Of a stretch of DNA of 64,000 nt, positions 12,463 through 26,599 are shown piece by piece (within the stretch, counting starts at the first letter, position 1; each line of letters opens with the position of its first letter). The notes below the pieces were generated by a model that saw only the letters and a list, made by a program, of their open reading frames with translations, was not told where the DNA came from and made no database searches. The stretch comes from Octopus vulgaris. Lineage: Eukaryota. The DNA lies in assembly GCA_951406725.2 (NCBI GenBank), contig OX597835.1, positions 11,098,001 to 11,162,000 of the forward strand. The letters run 5' to 3'. The translations under genes and the position numbers were made by a program.

Positions 12463-12790
12463 GCATGTGCTTTAGTGGTTAGGGTAATCAGCTCCCAATC
12501 ATAAGGTCACAAGTTTGGTTCCTGCCAGCATGTTCTGTCCTTCAGCAAGACCCTTTATTTTCATGTTGTTCCAGTTCACTCAGCTGGCAAAATATGAGTT
12601 GTGCCTATATTTTCAAAGGGCCAGCCATGTCGTATTCTGTCTCACGCTGAATTTCCCTCTACAACTACATCAAGTGTATGCATGTGTGTGTATGTGGAGC
12701 ACTCAGCCACTTACATGTTAATTTAATGAGCAGCTTCTTCCTTTGAGATGATCAAATGGGACCCTCGTCATTGTAACTGACAGAGTGGCA
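12463..12790 (+). mobile_element. SINE family D (diverged)
   Basis: Homologous to the reverse complement of 7580-7882. Confidence 0.65.
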
Positions 12791-12869
12791 GCATTGGTGT
12801 TGCTTTAATTGAATCTGTAGACAAGTCTAGGTTGGTGCTTTTGTAAACAAACTGATTTTGTTACCCCAA

Positions 12870-12937
12870 AACGAAAGCACCAGTTGTCAGGTGGTGAGAG
12901 GCAAACACATACATACACTCACAGACATGCACACACA

Positions 12938-13002
<65 letters not shown>

Positions 13003-13305
13003 ACACACACACACTCACACAGAGGCACACACAACTGTACACACAGGCACTCTCACACACACATACATACACACAGGCACTCTCTCTCACACACACACAC
13101 ATACAGAGGCACACATACACACACACACACACACATACACAGTAGGCTTCTGCACAGTTTCCATCTACCAAAGTCATCTACAAAACATTGGCTGATCTGT
13201 GGCTATGGATGAAGATACCTGCCCAAGGTGCTGCACCATGGGATTGAACTCAAAACCCCATGGTTGTGAAATGAACTTCTTAATGACACAGCCGTGCCTG
13301 TACCT
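12870..13305 (-). mobile_element. SINE family A (old), with an expanded (CA)n tract
   Basis: Diverged head at 13145-13305. Confidence 0.7.
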
Positions 13306-13952
13306 CTGATGTTATTAACATACTTTAATAAAATTTATAAACACATAGCAAACTGTGTCTCTAATTATTGAACCTCACCCCCCATCTATGCCACAAAAAC
13401 AGAAAAATTAAAATAATAATAAAGATAATGATATAAATAAGAGTAATTTATAAAGAAGAAGAAAAGGCCAAAATTTCAAAACAAGAAAAAGTCATATACT
13501 TTGATTACAAAGGAACAGCAGGGGGGGGGTGAGCATAAAATAATTATTTTCTCTGTCAAAGTGACATTCCCATGTTTAATGAACAATTCAATTAGAATTA
13601 AAAAATCCTCCCAGGCGGTTTTATGAAAATTAGCTAATATTTGATTTACAAAAGGTGAAGTGGAAATATCTCAGTGGCTTGGCTACAGGTGTGTGACAAA
13701 ATATCCCATCTCTACGTTCCGTGCTGTTCAAGACACAAGCAGAAGGAAATGTAACCCATTTTGGGTATTATTCATTGATTTGGCTACGAAAGTGTGATGA
13801 GAGATATAGACACTGTATACCAGGAGTTCTCAACCATTTTTCAATCTATGGGCCTCTTTGGTTACTATTTCATTCTGGTGGACCCCACCTGAGCCATTCA
13901 ATCTTTAAACACTAGTTTATAGAAACTTTCAAAATTCCTATTTTGTTAACTT

Positions 13953-14250
13953 CATCATCATCATCATCATCATCATCGTTTAACGTCCGTTCTCCATGCT
14001 AGCATGGGTTGGACGGTTCGACCGGGGATCCGGGAAGCCAGAAGGCTGCACCAGGCTCCAGTCTTATCTGGCAATGTTTCTACAGCTGGATGCCCTTCCT
14101 AACGCCAACCACTCCGTGAGTGTAGTGGGTGCTTTTTACGTGCCACCTGCACAGGTGCCAGGCGAGGCTGGCAACAGCCACGGTCGGATTGGTGTATTTT
14201 ACGTGCCACCGGCACGGAAGCCAGTCGAGGCGGCGCTGGCATCGGCCACG
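13953..14250 (-). mobile_element. RTE 3' UTR fragment inserted in a hAT-like MITE
   Basis: (CAT)n followed by the conserved 3' end and 2 minisatellite units. MITE sequence lies on both sides. Confidence 0.8.
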
Positions 14251-14314
14251 TGAAATGTCAGAGAAAGAAACCCAGCTGTTTCTTGCAATAAACACCAATA
14301 CATACATTTAAAGA

Positions 14315-15627
14315 AGGGGTTCCCAACCATTTTTTTTACCTAAGGACCCCTTTCAATACTATTTCATTCTAGTGGACCCCACCATGGCCATTCCATGTTT
14401 AAAAACTAGTTTTACAGAAACTTCTTTCATAATTCCTATTTTGTTTTTATCACATTAATTTGTGTAGGTTGAACTATGGAAAATGAAACCTCACTGTTTC
14501 TTGTAATACACACCAATACATATGTCATCATCATCATCGTCGCTTAACATCTGCTTTCCATGCTGGCATGGGTTGGACAGTTTGATTGAGGACTGGTGAG
14601 CCAGAAGGCTGCACCAGGCTCCAATCTGATCTGGCAAAGTTTCTACAGCTGGATGCCCTTCCTAACACCAACCACTCTGAGAGTGTAGTGGGTGCTTTTA
14701 CGTGCCACCGGCACGAGGGCCAGCCAAGTAGTACAGGCAAGCTGGCAGAAACGTTAGCAGGCCGGTGGGCGAAATGCTTTGCGGTTTTTTTGTCTGCCGC
14801 TATGTTCTGAGTTCAAATTCCACCGAGGTCGTCTTTGCCTTTAATCCTTTCAGGGTCGATTAAATAAGTACCAGTTACGCACTGGGGTCGATATAATCGA
14901 CTTAATCCGTTTGTCTGTCCTTGTTTGTCCTCTCTGTGTTTATCCCCTTGTGGGTAGTAAAGAAATAGGTAGTACTGGCAATGACCACGTTCAAAGGGTG
15001 TTTTGTTATGTGCCACCTACACAGGAGCCAGTCCGGTGGCACTGGCAATGACCACGCTTGAATGTTGTTTTTCATGTGCCACCAGCAGATGTGCCAGTAA
15101 GGTGACGCTAGCAATGATCATGCTCGAATGGTGCTTTTTACATTCTGCCAGCATGGGAGCCAGTCAGTGGCCCTGGCAACAATCATGCTCGAATGGTGCT
15201 TTTTACATTCCGCCAGCATGGGAGCCAGTCAGTGGCCCTGGCAACAATCATGCTCGAATGGTGCTTTTAACATTCCGCCAGCATGGGAGCCAGTCAGTGG
15301 CCCTGGCAACAATCATGCTCGAATGGTGCTTTTTACATTCCGCCAGCATGGGAGCCAGTCAGTGGCCCTGGCAACAATCATGCTCAGATGGTGCTTTTAA
15401 CATTCCACTGGCACGAATGCCAATCAGGCTGTGCTGTCATCGATTTTGATTTCACTTGCCTCAATAGGTCTTCACAAGCATAGTTAATTGTCCATCTAAA
15501 GCAAAATTTCCTCAGGAGCCCTTAAAATACTATTGTGGGTCCCCAATTTCCTATTTTGTTGCATGGAACACCCAACATCTTATATGGACCATCAGGGACC
15601 ACATGAATCCCATTTTTGAGAACCACT
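14315..15627. mobile_element. Three-level nest: hAT-like MITE > RTE 3' UTR (14526-15480) > SINE B (14741-14968)
   Basis: MITE ends AGGGGTTCCCAA and TTGAGAACCACT. SINE TSD GTAGTAC(A/T)GGCAA at 14728-14740 and 14969-14981. A 65 bp unit occurs 5 times at 15110-15410. Confidence 0.75.
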
Positions 15628-16014
15628 TCTATACATGGTGCATTTTAACTAACGTGTGGAAATGTTTTTGTGTGTGTGTGATTCAACAGTTAAAATAACT
15701 CTTCCCCCAGGGTCATTATTTCAGTTTCCAGCCATGGTATTTCAAATCAAGTTTCTTGTTAAACAAATACGATTCCGAAGATAATTAACTTTGTCGAGTG
15801 ATCCTAATTATTTCGACTTCAATGGAAATATGACATTGCATTCGTTAATCAAAGAATCATTCAGTGTTCTTATTAGAATTATCATCCCATTATGATTGTC
15901 GTTTATTCCAAAATTGAGATTTACAATGGACAAGAGATATAGGTTGACGAAGAAGAAAGACTACACAGCAGGTGCACAATAGTTCATTGCAATAGCATTC
16001 ATAAAACGGGTTCT

Positions 16015-17060
16015 TTCAAATGCAAGAAATAGTTGACGGCTTCTGTTTCCTGGGTGACCAAATCAGTAAATGGCTGTGTTCTAAAAGAATCATAACCGGA
16101 ATAAGAATGGAATGGGAAAAGTTCAGGGTGTTATTACTTCTCCCTGGCAAGAAAACGATTCTCTATATAACAATATATTGTGTATGTTGTCTAATACTTG
16201 TATACAAACGTACGATATTGCATGGGAGTATAACACAGGCATTGAATACAGTAGATGTACAAAAAGTTCAGGGTGTTATTACTTCTCCCTGGCAAGAAAA
16301 CGATTCTCTATATAACAATGTTGTGTATGTTGTCTAATACTTGTATACAAACGTACGATATTGCATGGGAGTATAACACAGGCATTGAATACAGTAGATG
16401 TACAAAAAGTTCAGGGTGTTATTACTTCTCCCTGGCAAGAAAACGATTCTCTATATAACAATATATTGTGTATGTTGTCTAATACTTGTATACAAACGTA
16501 CGATATTGCATGGGAGTATAACACAGGCATTGAATACAGTAGATGTACAAAAAGTTCAGGGTGTTATTACTTCTCCCTGGCAAGAAAACGATTCTCTATA
16601 TAACAATATATTGTGTATGTTGTCTAATACTTGTATACAAACGTACGATATTGCATGGGAGTATAACACAGGCATTGAATACAGTGGATGTACAAAAGGC
16701 TGGGGAGATAAAAATATGGAGTAAGTGTGCTCTGCTGAATGTGGGATGTTTGTGTGGATAATTGATGGAGAGGAGGAATGTGTTGAGAGGAAAAAGTCCC
16801 TGGAAGGGAATTTGGGTGTAGTGAGAAAGAGAGAAGGGTTATATAGCATGGACATGTGAGATGTATGGAAGGTGGTTTATTGGTGCTAAGTAATCCAGAG
16901 GGAAGGAAGCTGTGTGGGGAAGAGGAAGGAGACCAAAGGAAGCATGAGAAGAAATGGTAAAAGGTTTGTGCCGTGTCGAAGAGATGACATTGGACTGCAG
17001 CAAAAGGTGGGATGTGTAAGAGAGGACCTTTCAGATCCGGACAAATATGAAAATGTAATG
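16015..17060 (+). pseudogene. RTE-clade LINE C-terminal ORF remnant containing a 4 x 145 bp tandem amplification
   Basis: EIVDGFCFLGDQIS...IRMEWEKFRVLL...ILHGSITQA resembles the RTE post-RT region. GTTCAGG recurs at 16121, 16266, 16409 and 16554. Confidence 0.75.
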
Positions 17061-17094
17061 ATGATGATGATGGTGGTGGTGGTGGTGGATGCAG

Positions 17095-17360
17095 TGATGG
17101 TGGCAGAAACGTTAGCACGCTGGGCAAAATGCTTGGCGGTATTTCATCTGCTGCTACGTTCTGAGTTCAAATTCCGCCGAGGTTGACTTTGCCTTTCATC
17201 TATTCGGGCTCAATTATATCGGCCCCAGTGCGTAACTGGTACTTATTTATAAATAAGTACCAGTTACGCACTGGGTCGATATAATCAACTTAATCCGTTT
17301 GTCTGTCCTTGTTTGTCCCTTCTATGTGTAGCCCCTTGTGGGTAGTAAAGAAATAGGTAT
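17095..17360 (+). mobile_element. SINE family B
   Basis: Match to 8739-8968, with a small internal inversion at about 17215-17275. Confidence 0.85.
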
Positions 17361-18377
17361 TGTTGTTGGCAGTGATGCTGACGGCAACAACATAAGCTGT
17401 AGCCATATGTCAGCCTCTGTCAGCCTCTCCACCACCATCACCTCTGGCTGGACAGGCCTATGATTAATGGCATTCCAGCTATGACCATCCCATCTTTTAC
17501 CCCAACTATTCTACCTCTTGGACTAAAGTGTTCAATTTGTTCATTTTTTCAAGAAATTAAATTGTGATTTGTGGGAGATTTGACTGGTGTTTTTAGCAGA
17601 ATAATCAACCTCATAGGAGCTCCATTATTGACTTAAGATTGACTAAGTTGAAGGTATTTGTAGCAAAAGCAAGTTATAAGGTGCCAGTTGCGGGGCAGAT
17701 TTGATCAATCAAAACTGCATCATCATCATCATTTTAATGTCCACACACACACACACACACACACACACATGCATGCATGCACACACACACACACATGCAT
17801 GCACGCACACGCACACACACATGCATGCACGCACACGCACACACACACACACACACACAGCCAGCTGATTGAGCATAGTGTTCTGACTGTGAGATTTGTC
17901 GTGTTAATTATTGAAAATGAATTCCATCACCATCGTCATTGTCCTTTTTCCATCCATTTCCCATTTCGGACTGGTCATCATAGTAAGAGTTCTCAATCAG
18001 AATGTCTGCCCTCCTCATCCAGTTGAAGGTGCATACCTTTTACCTGTATCTTTCAGTTCTTTGGCTTGCTTTCTACAGCTGGACACCGTTTTCTAATTAC
18101 ATCTGCTTTACCAGTTTTACTGGGTATATTCTATCATGGCACCAACGCTAATGAGAGGCCATCACAGTCTCAGCAAGACTAAAGAGTCTTCTCAAGAATA
18201 TTTTGTCTCTGCTCATTCACCAACCACTTCGTAATGTGCACTGGAGGCTAGCATACAATGGCATCAACTCTTATCAAGTTGTCTGCCACTCCTTAAGACA
18301 ACAAAATCCTTACTGCTCAATGAGGTGTCTATTCATTTGAGGACAGTAAATGGCTGAGAGAGATCTTAAAATATATT

Positions 18378-18775
18378 CTTTTCTACTCTAGGCACAAGGC
18401 CTGAAAGTTTTGGGGAGGGGGCCAGTCAATTAGATTTACCCCAGTACACAATTGGTACACAATTTATCGACCCCAAAAAAGATGAAAGGCAAAGTCAACC
18501 TCAGCAGAATTTGAACTCAGAACATAAAGATAGGTGAAATACCTATTTCTTTACTACCCAGAAGGGGCTAAACATAGAGGGGACAAACAAGGACAGACAA
18601 ACGGATTAAGTCGATTATATCGTCCCCAGTGCATAACTGGTACTTATTTAATCGACCCCAAAAGGATGAAAGGCAAAGTCAACCTCGACGGAATTTGAAC
18701 TCAGAATGTAAAGACAGGTGAAATACTGCTATGCATTTCGCCCGGTGTGCTAACGTTTCTGCTAGTTCACTGCCT
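18378..18775 (-). mobile_element. Tandem or nested pair of SINE B-type copies
   Basis: Core segment GATGAAAGGCAAAGTCAACCTC...GAACTCAGAA appears twice, with different tails. Confidence 0.8.
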
Positions 18776-20010
18776 GAGGACTAAAATATATTGTTTCTGA
18801 TTTGGGAATGTACTGGTGGAGATTTTTCACATCAATGTTGCCTGCTTGAGCAATTCTTTCCACTGTTCCATTCTAGCTGTGAGCATTTAGATTTTTCTTT
18901 TTCCATTTCTCAGACATAATGTATATAAGACTACATTTATATCTTATTTCAAAACAATGGAATTTGACAGATTTGGTTATTATTGCTAGCAAGTCAAGTC
19001 ACCGAGTCAGGTCTCTTGCGATGGATTCCCTTTGCCCAGTATTTAAATGAGGTCAATCTGCTGAAATATTGTTGCTGGTCTTAGAGTGAGCGACACTGTT
19101 CAATCATTTTGAATTCTACAAATATATTTTGGTCTGTTTAAGTCGCTTTGCTCTTAGACTTTTTGGCAAATGTTTAGAAAAAAAAATCTATGAAATCTCT
19201 TGAGAAATATCTATAGATAAGTTCTATTCATTATTAAGTGTGATTTGTTAAAATGGTAAAAATTGTTCAAATAAAAACCATTTAAATAAAATTGCTTAAA
19301 AGTTTTAATCTCTGTGGAAAATAATGTTTTTCTATTAAGGTTATGTGTGGAGGTGTTTGAATGGGTGTGTGTTGTGTGTGTGTGTGTGTGTGTAGGTGTT
19401 TGAATGGATATGTGTTGTGTGTGTGTGTGTGTAGGTGTTAGGAAACAGATCTACCTGATGTATTTAATGTGTTAAGTTTGTCTCCCTGGTGTTGTCACAT
19501 TATTTTTGTTTGTTTCCACAAGTTTCTTCCAAACTTTACCATTCACTGCCACAAAACTAAAAATTGTTGTTATGAATTGGTTGTCGGTTTGACTGTGTGG
19601 TTAAACGGTTCCTCCTTGCAAGTTTGAGATTCTGGGTCTTCTGTCATGGCCTGCCATTGACAAATACCTTGAGAATGTAATTTGGTAGATGGGCCTCCTT
19701 AATCCTTTTCTCCCAGGGCACAGGGAGCTCTTACCTTGTTGCATATATGCACACACACACACACACACACACGCGCGCGTGCACACATACACACACATAC
19801 ACACACACACACATACATATCCATATTATGGATATACATATAAATCATATATATATACAAGCTCACACGTGTGACACCAAAAACACATACAACACACTCT
19901 GAGAAGTAGTTGGCATTAGGAAGGGCATCCAGCCATAGAAACCATGCCAGCATGGAGAGCAGATGTTATAGAATGATAATGATGAAAGTCACACTCATAC
20001 ATACATACAT

Positions 20011-20063
<53 letters not shown>

Positions 20064-20124
20064 AATAGATACATGCAAGTGCACACACATACATACGTAT
20101 GTTTGTATGTATTGTGTGTATATA

Positions 20125-20171
<47 letters not shown>

Positions 20172-20471
20172 TCTAAAGAGGAAAACCATTAGTTTTAAAT
20201 CTCTGAGCGAGAAGTAAGTAGTAATTGTACTATAGAGTAAAATATATTTGCGAACATAAAGTGGCAGTCCTGGTTAGGACAATGTTACTACCCTTTTTAG
20301 CTCTAGCAAAACATCTTTCCCAGCTGGCTACCGATGCAACACTGTATTGTTACACCAAGAACAAGGGAGCTAATGTCCTCACTCAGCTTTAAATGGTAAA
20401 ACGATATATATATATGGCAAATGAAATAAGTATAAAAATGTGCATTGTCCATTTAATTAAAAAATTCTATA

Positions 20472-20559
20472 TGTGGCTGAAGATTGCTCAACATTTTAAA
20501 ACTGATGTAATACTTACAGTGTTTAATAAAATGAAGTAGCATGAAACGATTGTACTACA
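20472..20559 (+). ncRNA. Type I hammerhead ribozyme candidate (long loop II)
   Basis: Stem I TGTGG/CTACA; CTGAAGA 20477-20483; stem II TGCT/AGCA; GAAA 20543-20546; quasi-palindromic stem III ACGATTGT; predicted GUA cleavage after 20554. It lies in a TA-flanked island (about 20415-20680). Confidence 0.6.
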
Positions 20560-20692
20560 CTACCTTGGATATCCTTGTTGCTTATTTTGATTATAATCAC
20601 CCCAAATTCTGGTGCCTTTAACTTAGGTACCATATTCATCTGAATCTAAATTTTGCTGAACTTATAATACCATACATTGTATATATATATAT

Positions 20693-21000
20693 CATCATCA
20701 TCATCGTTTAACGTGCGCTTTCCATGCTAGCATGGGTTGGACGGTTCAACTGGAGGTCTGGGAAGCCCGAAGGCTGCACCAGGCCAGTCAGATCTGGCAG
20801 TGTTTCTACAGCTGGATGCCCTTCCTAACGCCAACCACTCCGTGAGTGTAGTGGGTGCTTTTTATGTGCCACCAACACAGGTGCCATACGAGGCTGGCAA
20901 ACGGCCACGCTCGGATGGCGTTTTTTACGTGCCACCGGCACGGAGGCCAGGCGAGGCTGGCAACGGTTACGATCGGATGGTGTTTGTTACGTGCCACCAT
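20693..21000 (-). mobile_element. RTE 3' UTR fragment in a (TA)n tract
   Basis: Same family as 4950-5830, with 2 units. Confidence 0.8.
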
Positions 21001-21102
21001 ATATATATATATATATATATGAATGTAGGTATGTATTGGTATATATATAAATATACATATATATAGACATATATATATATATATATACACATGGACACAC
21101 AT

Positions 21103-21265
21103 CTTTTTTTATTGAAACCAAAACTGTGTGCTTGTCTTGTGACTCGAGTTTCATTCCACTGCAGGCATGAAACACGAGTCACAAGACTCTCAGTTTCAAT
21201 AAAAAAAAAAAACACAGATTCTCTACATCGTGTATTAAGCACTTCCCTCTCCTTCATCCAATATA
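21103..21265. mobile_element. Fold-back element with a hammerhead 3' half in each arm
   Basis: GACTCGAGTTTC at 21141-21152 (GAAACTCGAGTC on minus) faces GAAACACGAGTC at 21169-21180. The arms extend to TTTATTGAAAC/GTTTCAATAAA. Confidence 0.65.
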
Positions 21266-21283
21266 AACCAACGTATGTGTGTT

Positions 21284-21314
<31 letters not shown>

Positions 21315-21834
21315 TTATGAATGTATCTATGTATGTATGTCTGTATGATTGAATAATGATATTTCTTCCATCTCAGGTGTCTATAAATGACCAAAAACAC
21401 TTTATCTATTCAACATTAGTGCTAAGTTGTTCCTGGAAATTTCTCTGTTGAGGTTGGATCGAAGTTTTTTGATAAGATTCTCTGCTGTTTATCGTTTCAT
21501 TTTTTTGGATAACTTTTGTGTTTTTTTTTTTTTTTCATTTTCCAAGAATCGTCCTATCTAACGCAGTTTTAGAAATATATCTGTGTTGAGCCCAACTCCC
21601 CTCCCCCCCTCCATTTTTCACATTCTCTTTTTTTTTTATTACATCTATATTTTTACAAATTTTATTTACGTTTATTTTTTTTCTCTCTCTCTCAGTAACT
21701 GACACAAATCACCGTTAGTTTCCCCAGACTTTCGTTTGGTGTTTTCTTCACCATTAAACAGATGATAGAAATACACAAGGATGCTAACAGCTTTCGTCAC
21801 AGACTTGTCATATTATTCCAACAGGATTTTCATC

Positions 21835-22363
21835 GTCGTCATCATCATCATCATCATCATCGTCGTCATCGCTGTTGTCATCCTCCTCATCTTCATCACA
21901 CTTTCAATATTAGTTTCATTATCTTAAACTGTTCTTCAGTTTGCTATTCGTTACAATTCACACCAGGGTCTCAATTGAATAACTGGACAATAGCTGTGTC
22001 TATGCTTGGTCATCATCATCTTCATCATCATCATCACTGCCATCATTACCGTTGCCGTCACCATCACTGTCACCAATAGCAACCACTCTATGATCTTCAT
22101 TATTGTAACTGCCATCATCATCACCAACATCATCATTACCACCACCCACCACACACCACCAACTTTATCCTCATCACCAAGATGGCAATCGTCATTATCA
22201 TCACTATTATTGCCATCATCACCATCATCATAATCATCATCATCATCATCATCATCACCATCATCATCATAATCATCATCATCATCATCACCATCATCAT
22301 AATCATCATCACCATCATCATAATAATCATCATCATCATCATCATCATCACCATCATCATCAC

Positions 22364-22407
<44 letters not shown>

Positions 22408-22510
22408 CCATCATCATAATCATCATCATCATCATCACCATCATCATAATCATCATCATCATCACCATCATCATCCTCCTCCTCATCATCACCACCACCA
22501 CCACCACTAT
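21835..22510. repeat. Long (ATC)n microsatellite
   Basis: Direct inspection; source of the poly-D/M/I/H ORFs. Confidence 0.95.
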
Positions 22511-24051
22511 CATTTTCACCATTGTTTATCGTTACCATTATTCATTCCAATATCCTGTTCCTCGTTATCATTACAATCATAATTATCATTACATTGCACT
22601 GTGCCATGCCTGCCTCTCTATTTATCTTTGTGCCATAACAGCTCCTCTGCTAAAACACCGACAATGTGGTTTCTCTAATATTCAACTTTCACTATGGCTT
22701 CAACAACTACTAAGTTCAGTTTTTTTTCTGATTGTTTATTTTTATATTTTATTGTTTTTCTTTTCAAGAGTGTTCTATTTAGTCTTAATATAGTCTCAAT
22801 AAATATTTTCTCTGTCTAGTTTTTTTGTTTGTTTTCGGTTTTTTTTCCACACATTATATAGACATGCTGCTACGGTTCCTTGTTTTATACGCATGGTTAG
22901 TCAACGAGAAAGCACTGTGTTTAGACACTATCCATTGTTACAGTTAAATTGCAAACTTCACAAGGTTTACAATTTCCAATATTTACACCAGAATTTCAAC
23001 ATCACATTACTCACCAAAGTTTACTCACCGAATGTGATTCTCACTTCTCTGATTTATTATTGAAATGATGGATATTTTAAAATCTAATATCTTTGTAATA
23101 TACCACAGCCCATGTTCTGAACGATGAGATTTTTTGATTACACATTTATCTGTGTCAACAGATGATGTGGGTTACATTTTTATATAGGTTTTATATGATT
23201 GTCATACCACTTGTATAGATACATTCATATATTATTATCATTATTATTTAATAATATCAATTTATTTGGTCTACCAAATTATTTGAATTTCTGTTATTGA
23301 ATAGTATTTCCCATTTTATTACCGTTCCTGGCCCTGGTTTTTTGCATTTATTTTTATTTTTATTTTTATTTTATTTTATCCAAGAACAAAATCGAAAGTG
23401 TCTTTTGCGTTTGGACCTTCAACTGACATTTAATATCTAAACAGACATTCACTATCTGCCAACACCGTCTTGGCATTTATTACCATTTTTTAGTATCGAC
23501 AACTCACGTAATTGGTATGTTGTATCTTATTCTTAAATTTACTTTCAGCTTCTTCAGTGACAGAATAATCTTTACCAAAGAAACGGTACATACTGTAGCG
23601 AAGAAGAACAAATAGAATTATTTAAAAGAAATTTTTTTAGTTTGTTAGTAAGGAATGCATAATTTTTGAATCGGACTTGAATGCACACATATACACGTGC
23701 GTTTTTATGTGTGTGTGTGTGTGTGTGTGTATGTGTGTGTGTGTATGTGTGTGTGTGTGTGTGTGTGTGTACATATGCTTATTCACAAGCTCTCACACAC
23801 ACCATCACCATTGGCATTATCGTTGTAATCTCTACTTTTCCATGCTTGCATCAGTCAGAGTTTATTGATGGAGATTTTTCTGCAGCTGGAGGCTTTTCCT
23901 GTTGTCAGCCATCATCCATCTCCAAGTACAGCACTATTTCACCTTGTCCTTCGAACGTCAATGGATCAATGACCACACGTCCTTACATGAAAGATTGTAA
24001 ACAAAGGACATTGGCTTTGCTAACAGTCAATGTTGCTATGTGAAGAGAAGG

Positions 24052-24088
<37 letters not shown>

Positions 24089-24327
24089 ACACACATACAC
24101 ACACACATGATGGGCTTCTTTCTGTTTCTGTCAAATAAATTTATGCTCGAGGCTTTGGTTACCCCAAGGCTATGGTAGACAACAATTGACTGAGGTGCCA
24201 CTCAGCAGGACTGAACCTGAAGCCTTGTGGTTGTGAAGTGAACTTCTTAACCATGCAACTCGGAAATGAGTGTGTATATGTGTGTGTGTGTGTGTGTGTA
24301 TTTAAAAGAATGTGTACTTGTAGATCA

Positions 24328-25072
24328 CAGGCTTGGCTGTGTGGTAAGAAGTTTGCTTTTCAACCACATGGTTCTGGGTTCAATCCCACTGCATAGCTCC
24401 TTGAGCAAATGTGTTCTACCATAGCCTTGGGCCGACCAAGGCAATATGAGTGGATATGGTTGAGGGAAATAGAAAGAAGCCCATCGTATATATGTGTGCG
24501 TAGGGAGGGGAGGACATATGTGTTTTTGTTTTTGTATTTGTCCCCTACCAGTGCTTGACAACTGGTGTTGGTGTGTTTATGTTCCTGTAACTTAGAGGTT
24601 TGGCAAAAGAGACTGAAAGAATAAAAGACTGATAGGATAAGTTGATTTATCTCTTTCTCTTTTTTTTTTTTACTAGTTTCAGTCATTTGACTGTGGCCAT
24701 GCTGGAGCACCGCCTTTAATCGAGAAACTCGACCCAGGTCTTATTCTTTTGTAAGCCCAGTACTTATTCTATCAGTCTCTATTGCCGAACCGCTAAGTAA
24801 CGGGGACATAAACACACCAGCATCGGTTGTCAAGCAATGCTAGGGGGACAAACACAGACACACAAACACACACACGCATATATATATATATACATATATA
24901 CGATGGGCTTCTTCCAGTTTCCGTCTACCAAATCCACTCACAAGGCTTTGGTCGGCCCGAGGCTATAGTAGAAGACACTTGCCCAAGGTGCCACGCAGTG
25001 GGACTGAACCCTGAACCATGTGGTTGGTAAGCAAGCTGAAATTCTTCAAGGCAGTGCCCCAGCATGGCCATA
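24328..25072. mobile_element. Old SINE A (+) with a younger SINE A (-, 24672-25038) inserted in it
   Basis: The + copy runs 24328-24645 and its tail CCCCAGCATGGCC resumes after 25039. Confidence 0.8.
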
Positions 25073-25780
25073 GTTGTTTGTTAGCTGTAGGGTGTGTATG
25101 TGTACCAATGATCCCATCTCCATGAACAGCCCTTTATGCTTTGTTGAGGGCCGGTAGCACATCTGGGTTGAACAATTTTCTGGATTCAAAGAATAAACCT
25201 AGTCATTTTTGTTTTGTCTTTTTAAATGTTTCAGAGAAAGATTTAAATTAAATTAAATTAAAAGAGAGAAAGAGAGTGAGTGAGAGAGAAAAAGTGAGTG
25301 AGAAAGAGAGAGAATGAAAAAGACAGTAAGTGGTGAAGGAGTTCATCACAAGAGAAGTAGATACATAGATATATACACATTGTTAAATCAAAAGTGGGAG
25401 AGAAGAGGGACACAAAGGAAGTGAAAGAGAAAGAGAGAGTGAGAGAGAGAGAGAGCGAGAGAGTAGATAATTTCACACGGCAAATATTGGATGTCAGTTT
25501 CACTTTGGAAGACAAAACAATTCCAGACAGTGACAAAAAAAAAAAAAGGTAAGGAGAGAGAGAGAGAGAGAAAGGTGAAAACTTCGTCATGGACACTCTG
25601 ACACTTACTGTCTGTCTGTCTGTCTGTCTGTCTGCCTCTCTCTCTCTAGGTATGTGTTTGTGTATGTGTGTGCATGTATGTGTGTGTATGTATGTATATG
25701 ATTATGCGCTGGATCTCTCTCAGTATACTAGCAAACCACAAAATCGCACCAGCCAGATTCACCACCACCTCCAAGTCCAT

Positions 25781-25828
<48 letters not shown>

Positions 25829-26599
25829 TCCCATCCCCACCATTGCTTGACAACCGATGTTGATGCATTTGCGTCTCTGTAATTTAGCTGTTCAGCAAAA
25901 GAGACTGATAGAATAAGCACCAGGTTTACAGGGAATAAGTCCAGGGGGTCAATCTCTGCGACTAAAGGGTGGTGCTCTAGCATGGCCATCGTCAAACGAC
26001 TGAAACAAGAATGTTCTTTGAATATGTACGATGTATTTTAAGGTTAAAATGTAATTCCGTTTACGTTTGTGTAACTGAGATATTTTGGTTGGATTATATA
26101 GTCATTGGTGTTACATTACCTTCTATATTCTGTAACTGTCACAGTATACTTTTCTAGGCCTGAAATTTTTGTTGGGAGGGGGCCCAGTTTATTAGATCAA
26201 CCCTAGTACACAACTGGTACTTAATTTATCGAGGCCCAAAAGACAAAAGGCAAAGTCGACCTCGGCAGAATTTGAACTCAGAACATAAAGACAGACGGTC
26301 ATAATACACAAACATTTCCCATGGCGCCAGTACACTATTTTCAGATGCTTACATTTTTAATGTTTTTCAAGAATTTTTCACGGGTCCACCTAGTGATTAT
26401 TATTATTATTCAGGTGACAATCTAGCAGAACTTTTAACATGCTGGACTTCTTCTGACTCTTTCCGTTGTGAGTTCAAATTCCACCAAGGTTGACTCTGCC
26501 TTTCGTCCTTTTGGGAGTCGACAGGTGCAACCGACAAACTCCTTCCTCCTAAAATTGCTGGCCTGGTGACAAAATATCGAAACCATCATTATAATTTCT

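Noticed and set aside
22860-23640. Possible L1-like C-terminal remnant on the minus strand (EHGLWY, YKTRN)
   Set aside because: Too few and too short motifs to call without a search.
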